From Eledone cirrhosa (taxonomy: Eukaryota), in assembly GCA_964016885.1 (NCBI GenBank), contig OZ024745.1, forward strand, positions 39,060,001-39,124,000: a stretch of DNA of 64,000 nucleotides. Direction: 5' to 3'. Below the pieces are notes generated by a model. The model was not told the DNA's origin. It made no database searches and saw only the letters and a program-made list of their open reading frames with translations. Shown in pieces: positions 58,773 to 64,000 of the stretch. The stretch's first letter is position 1, and the number at the start of each line of letters is the position of its first letter. A program made the position numbers and the translations under genes.

Positions 58773-60518
58773 GAGATAGTAAGAGAGAGAGAAAGAGAGA
58801 GACGGGTAGAGGAGGAGGGAAGGAAAATAGGGATGAAAGCGATAGAGCAGGACTTGTGGCACTACTTTTTGCACTAGGCCAGCAATTAACTCATTGAATT
58901 ACTGGTATTTTATTTAATCGACCCCTTAAGGATGAAAGGCAAAGTAAGCCTCGGTGGGATTTGAACTCAGACCGTAATAGGGGGTAACTACAAAGCATGG
59001 CGTCCGACCCTCTAGCGATAGTGCCAATCCACTGCTCATTTACTATGTTATACTAAAGTATTTAGTTTTTAATTTGGCTTCTTTACATGAAGTTCAATGA
59101 CCACACGTTAATGTTAATTAACAAGCGCTGTAACAGATTGGAAGAATTATAGGTTCATATACACCTCTATAGTATACCTATGGTTTTAATTGTATCCTAC
59201 TAATATACATATATAAATATATTCATCTCTATTTATTGTTAATCTTCGCTGTCTGTACCTGAAACAAATTGTTTAAAACACCTTAAACACTTCGTTTTAT
59301 CTATCTCAATTATACAGATACCATAATTTTATAATCGCACAAATTTTGCATCATTATCCTATGGTGCACGCCATTATTTACGGAATATGAACAAACATTG
59401 ATGTTAAATCTTGATATTTCACTACTATATATATAAAGACACACACACACAGGCGGACAGACGCCCACCCTCATATATATATATATATATATATGAATAT
59501 AGAATGATATTTCTGAAGTTTGCATTTAGTTGATTCTTTCATCTAATAGAAATTCTGTCATTGTTTACTTGTAGCGTCGATGCTCTTATGTTTCTTAACA
59601 CGTTAACAATACTATCCTACGTTTATCGGTTTTCCTTACAATTTCCACTTTTTTTGAATGCTTATCTTCCTACATTCATTATTCCTATTTAGTTATTTTT
59701 TATCGAAAAGTGTGTCTGTCATTGTTTTTTCAATATACATCTTTCATTTTCAGTAACCTCACAGATTTATTTCTTTAACCCTTTAGCTACATGTTTCTTA
59801 GTGTCGTTTATCTCATTATACTTAATTATGTTTTACTCAGTCTTATGAATTCAGGGTTTTCGATCTTTTCCATCCGTCTCAGATATTTCACGTTCATTTT
59901 CAATCATATATTTGGATTTTTTCATATATCCGTCATATTCTTGTTTCGAAATGGACACAAAAGCACACACAAATATGAAAATATTCATTGGAGTTAATTA
60001 TATATTTTACGTAATTTAAACGATGACGAAAAATTATCACTACAAAACTGTACATTAAAACTTGCAAAAGCTCTTTGGTGCCCTTTGATAATATATATTT
60101 TTGCTATAAAATAATTCGATAACGTATATATAATAAGTGGTTCAGTATATTCTTGGTTAACCAAGGAAGTTACCAAAATCTGCATTCTATGGTAACGCAG
60201 AGCATATATATATTAAATAAAAGCGACTTTACATATTAAGGCCTTTTGTTGATTATAGACAGTTACGATCGTTTCACAGGAGAGCGGCTCATGAACTATG
60301 TACAAGTTATATAACATGCTCATTAGACTTGTTATTCAGGCAAAGCCTAAATATCATCTGATGAGATTCTGGCTTTGCTTTATTAAAAAGCCTGATGAGC
60401 AGATCGGTGTGGAACCAGGTTTACAGCTTTTACGTAGATCTTGATCCACACTACCGTGAAACGGTCGTAATTGTGTATAATCAATAAAGATATGATCGTG
60501 TAACCTCGCTTTGCTTTG

Positions 60519-60568
<50 letters not shown>

Positions 60569-61724
60569 GATATGCACTTGGCCTAGTTTCAATCCGCAGT
60601 CACTGTGAATTCATATTATTCGCCAGAGTAATTGGGTTGTGTTAGACTTCAATGTTACACATTATTAAACACGTAAAATGCTTTAAAATAATTGAAAAGT
60701 AGGGGAAAAGGGAAAACTGTAAAGCGTTAATAGCTGTTAGATATGGTCTTTTGAATTATAAATAGATTAACTTATATTGTCTCATAGAAAGAAGAAAATA
60801 TGATACACTAGCATCATTTCTATCATTATGTAGACATGGATAGGATTTTGTTTCCCTCTAGTTTTAAAATGAAAATATGTATATATTACAGTTACTGAGA
60901 AATGTATTTGAAACGAAAATTAAGACAGAATCAAAAAAAAAAAACACTACGAAACAAAGACATTAATCATTCTTTCATTAAAGAAAACATATATATCTGT
61001 AAAAAGTAAAATTTGACATCCCTTAAAGCTAATATATTTCTTTTAAAAAGAAAAGTAATGTTATATAATTGCAGCTTTTCTCTGAGTATTGATGATTTCA
61101 AAAGCTAAAGGAAGAAATTTAAATCGATTTCTGAACTCTAATGAATATGTTTGCTAATAGCAATAAGATACGGAAAATAAGTAAATAAATGGTTTTAAAA
61201 TCTAAACTAAGAGACAAATTGAAGTGCACATTAAAACAAAAATATCTCGATATATTATGGAAAAGGAGTGTTAGTCTCATCTTATTTGAATCGAAGTAAA
61301 CATTTGTAGATTTGCATGTGTGTGTGTGCTAAGGTTTTACAATATATATGTACGTCGCAATGTAAGTATACCTTGGAAAAACACAAACCGAGACACACAA
61401 ACATACACTCACACGCGCACACAATTATATATATATACAGATATATATATATATATATATATGTGTATGTGTGTGTGTGCGTGCGCGTGTATGAGTGTGT
61501 GTGTTTATGTGTATGTGGGTGTGTGTGTGCGAGAGTCTGAATAGTTTAATATATATATTTTTTCATACAATGATGTAGGCTAATATGCACAAGGCAAATG
61601 TTGTGGACAGATGTAGATAATACTAAAAAGCTATACACACACATTCATACACACACACACACACATATATACATATATGAGGGTGAGTGTGTGTGTGTCT
61701 GTGCGTATATATATATATATATAT

Positions 61725-62600
61725 AAACGGAAAAAATGAAATTTCATTTCCCACTCTTAGTACGGCTGTTACTCAAATATAAGTATCTATACGTACATAC
61801 GTATATGTATACAGACGTACAGTCCTATGTATATATATATACATACATGCACATATATATATATATATGTACGTATGGATTCACCGAACATTTATTATAA
61901 TACTCGGTGTGTTTGTAAACAAACGTCCCGTAATAAGCCGAAGTGTCTAGCAACTATCATTGCTCGTTTGTTCAATACTGACAAAGGTACGCTGTACTAG
62001 GTTCCAGCTTATTAGCTATCGTCAACAACGTATACCTTCTTGCCAGATGATTGAACGTCCGAAACTATATACTTTCCTTATGTATATTAACGGCTGAGCA
62101 GACTAATTTGCATATCGAGTTGGTTAGTCGGCCGGGTGCACCGAAAACGATAAACGAAAAAATGAAACGAAATTTCATTTCCCACTCTTAGTACGGCTGT
62201 TACTTAAATATAAGTATGTGTACGTACATACATATATGTATACAGACGTACAGTAGTATGTATATATATATACATACATGCACACATATATATATGTACG
62301 TATGGATTGACCGAACATTTATTATAATGCTCGGTGTGTTTGCAAACAAACATCCCGTATTAAGCCGTAGTGTCTAGCAACCATCATTGCTCGTTTGTTC
62401 AACACTGACAAAGGAATGCTGTACTAGTTGCAAGCTTATTAGCTATCGTCAGCAACATATACATTCCTGCCAGATGATTGAACGTTGTTTACAAACACAC
62501 CGAGCATTATAATAAATGTTCGTTGAATACATATGTACATATATACATGTGTGCATGTATATATATATATACATACTACTGTACGTCTGTATACATATAT
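61725..62600. repeat. About two tandem copies of the same monomer plus an inverted end
   Basis: tttcatttcccactcttag at 61742 and 62173 (431 bp). Confidence 0.88.
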
Positions 62601-62746
62601 GGTAAGAACCCCACGGCTTGAGCTCAGCCGTCGGGGTCCTACCCGTCCCTATTACCCACTCTACCACCCTAACTATTGAGTACTTTGGTGTGTTATGGTC
62701 CATCTGGTTCCTTACCACATTTCCTTCGTTATATATATATATATAT

Positions 62747-62790
<44 letters not shown>

Positions 62791-62852
62791 CGTAAGATAA
62801 GAAAATATTTTAAAAAATACTTTGAAAAATTTTTTTACTTACTTAAATTTTC

Positions 62853-62934
62853 ACTCCAACTAATTAGTTTCTGCAATGGGATAAAGACAGTTACGTAATC
62901 CAACTGTCGAGAATTTATTGCGTCATCAGGGAGT
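62853..62934 (-). ncRNA. Type I hammerhead ribozyme (inverted copy of 63805-63886)
   Basis: Reverse complement retains CTGATGA, GAAA, CTAATTAG and ACTCC/GGAGT. Confidence 0.83.
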
Positions 62935-63804
62935 CTATTCTCACCTGAGTCTCCAGGCAATGCGCGGACACTGGCGGCTCATATAAAAATAATAATAATT
63001 CGGTAGAAAGAACAGCTGGCGAGGACTGAATTCCATGTACTGAAATTCTCACTGCTTCTAGTCAAATGGCCGATTCTAAAGAATCAATCACGTGACACAG
63101 AGGCTAGTTAGAAGTAATGGGATGGTAAGATGACTGACGCCTCCTAAGACCCCAAAAAAATTTAGAAGTGGTTTTGGCAGGTTTGCTCGACAAATCAGTG
63201 ATTTGGAGATAAATATAGATAATTTAATATATCAACTAACATAGGCGCACAGATGCACGTCCATGCCAGCAAATACACAGGTTATGTCATAATACCTAGG
63301 TGGTTCAATGCATAAGGGTGCAGAACAATAATATAAAAGACGTAAGATAAGAAAAAATTTAAAAAAGATTTTTTAAAAAAGATTTTCTTATCTTACGTCT
63401 TTTATATTGTTGTTCTGCACCCTCCTGCATTGAACCACCTAGGTATTATGACATAACCTGTGTATTTGCTGGCATGGACGTGCATCTGTGCGCCTATGTT
63501 AGTTGATATATTAAATTATCTATATTTATCTCCAAATCACTGATTTGTCGAGCAAACCTGCCAAAACCACTTCTAAATTTTTTTTGGGGTGTTAGTAGGC
63601 GTCAGTCATCTTACCATCCCATTCCTTCTAACTAGCCTCTGTGTCACGTGATTGATTCTTTAGAATCGGCCATTTGACTAGAAGCAGTGAGAATTTCAGT
63701 ACATGGAATCCAGTCCTCGCCAGCTGTTCTTTCTACCGAATTATTATTATTTTTATATGAGCCGCCAGTGTCCGCGCATTGCCTGGAGACTCAGCTGAGA
63801 ATAG

Positions 63805-63886
63805 ACTCCCTGATGACGCAATGAATTCTCGACAGTTGGATTACGTAACTGTCTTTATCCCATTGCAGAAACTAATTAGTTGGAGT
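63805..63886 (+). ncRNA. Type I hammerhead ribozyme with a hairpin insert in helix II
   Basis: ACTCC-CTGATGA-cGCAATG[gacagtt..aactgtc]CATTGCa-GAAA-CTAATTAG-TT-GGAGT: perfect helix I, palindromic helix III, GUU site. Confidence 0.85.
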
Positions 63887-64000
63887 GAAAATTTAAGTAA
63901 GTAAGTAAAAAAAATTAAAAAATTTTTTTTTTAAATATTTTTTTATCTTACGTCTTTTATATTATTGTTCTGCACCCTCCTGCATTGAACCACCTAGGTA

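Larger units (their letters stand above)
62785..64000. repeat. HHR-containing ~550-555 bp monomer, both tandem and inverted (axis ~63370); runs off the window end
   Basis: aaaagacgtaaga recurs at 62785 and 63335; tcttacgtct recurs at 63391 and 63946. The arms are nearly identical. Confidence 0.9.

Overview
AT-rich, microsatellite-saturated animal non-coding DNA. The (TA)n/(CA)n/(GA)n runs and Meta-/CORE-type tRNA SINEs suggest a cephalopod such as Octopus; this is inference. I found no credible host protein-coding exon, and most listed ORFs are translations of (TA)n/(CA)n runs. Recognisable protein-coding remnants are all from transposons: Penelope-like elements (PLE; RT and GIY-YIG), a near full-length degenerate RTE LINE, a Tx1/L1 fragment, an RTE 3' end, a Helitron Rep fragment and a mariner fragment. 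The main hidden signal is about a dozen distinct families of short non-coding elements between (TA)n tracts, arranged as fold-back palindromes and/or 410-555 bp tandem monomers. Read by hand, nearly all carry a type I hammerhead ribozyme (HHR: helix I - CUGANGA - helix II - GAAA - helix III - UH - helix I). Most have a short palindromic helix III. One family has a compensatory U3:A8 core and several have long helix II inserts. This looks like a diverse population of PLE pseudo-LTRs and retrozymes inserted at (TA)n. All folds were aligned by eye, and catalytic activity is untested.
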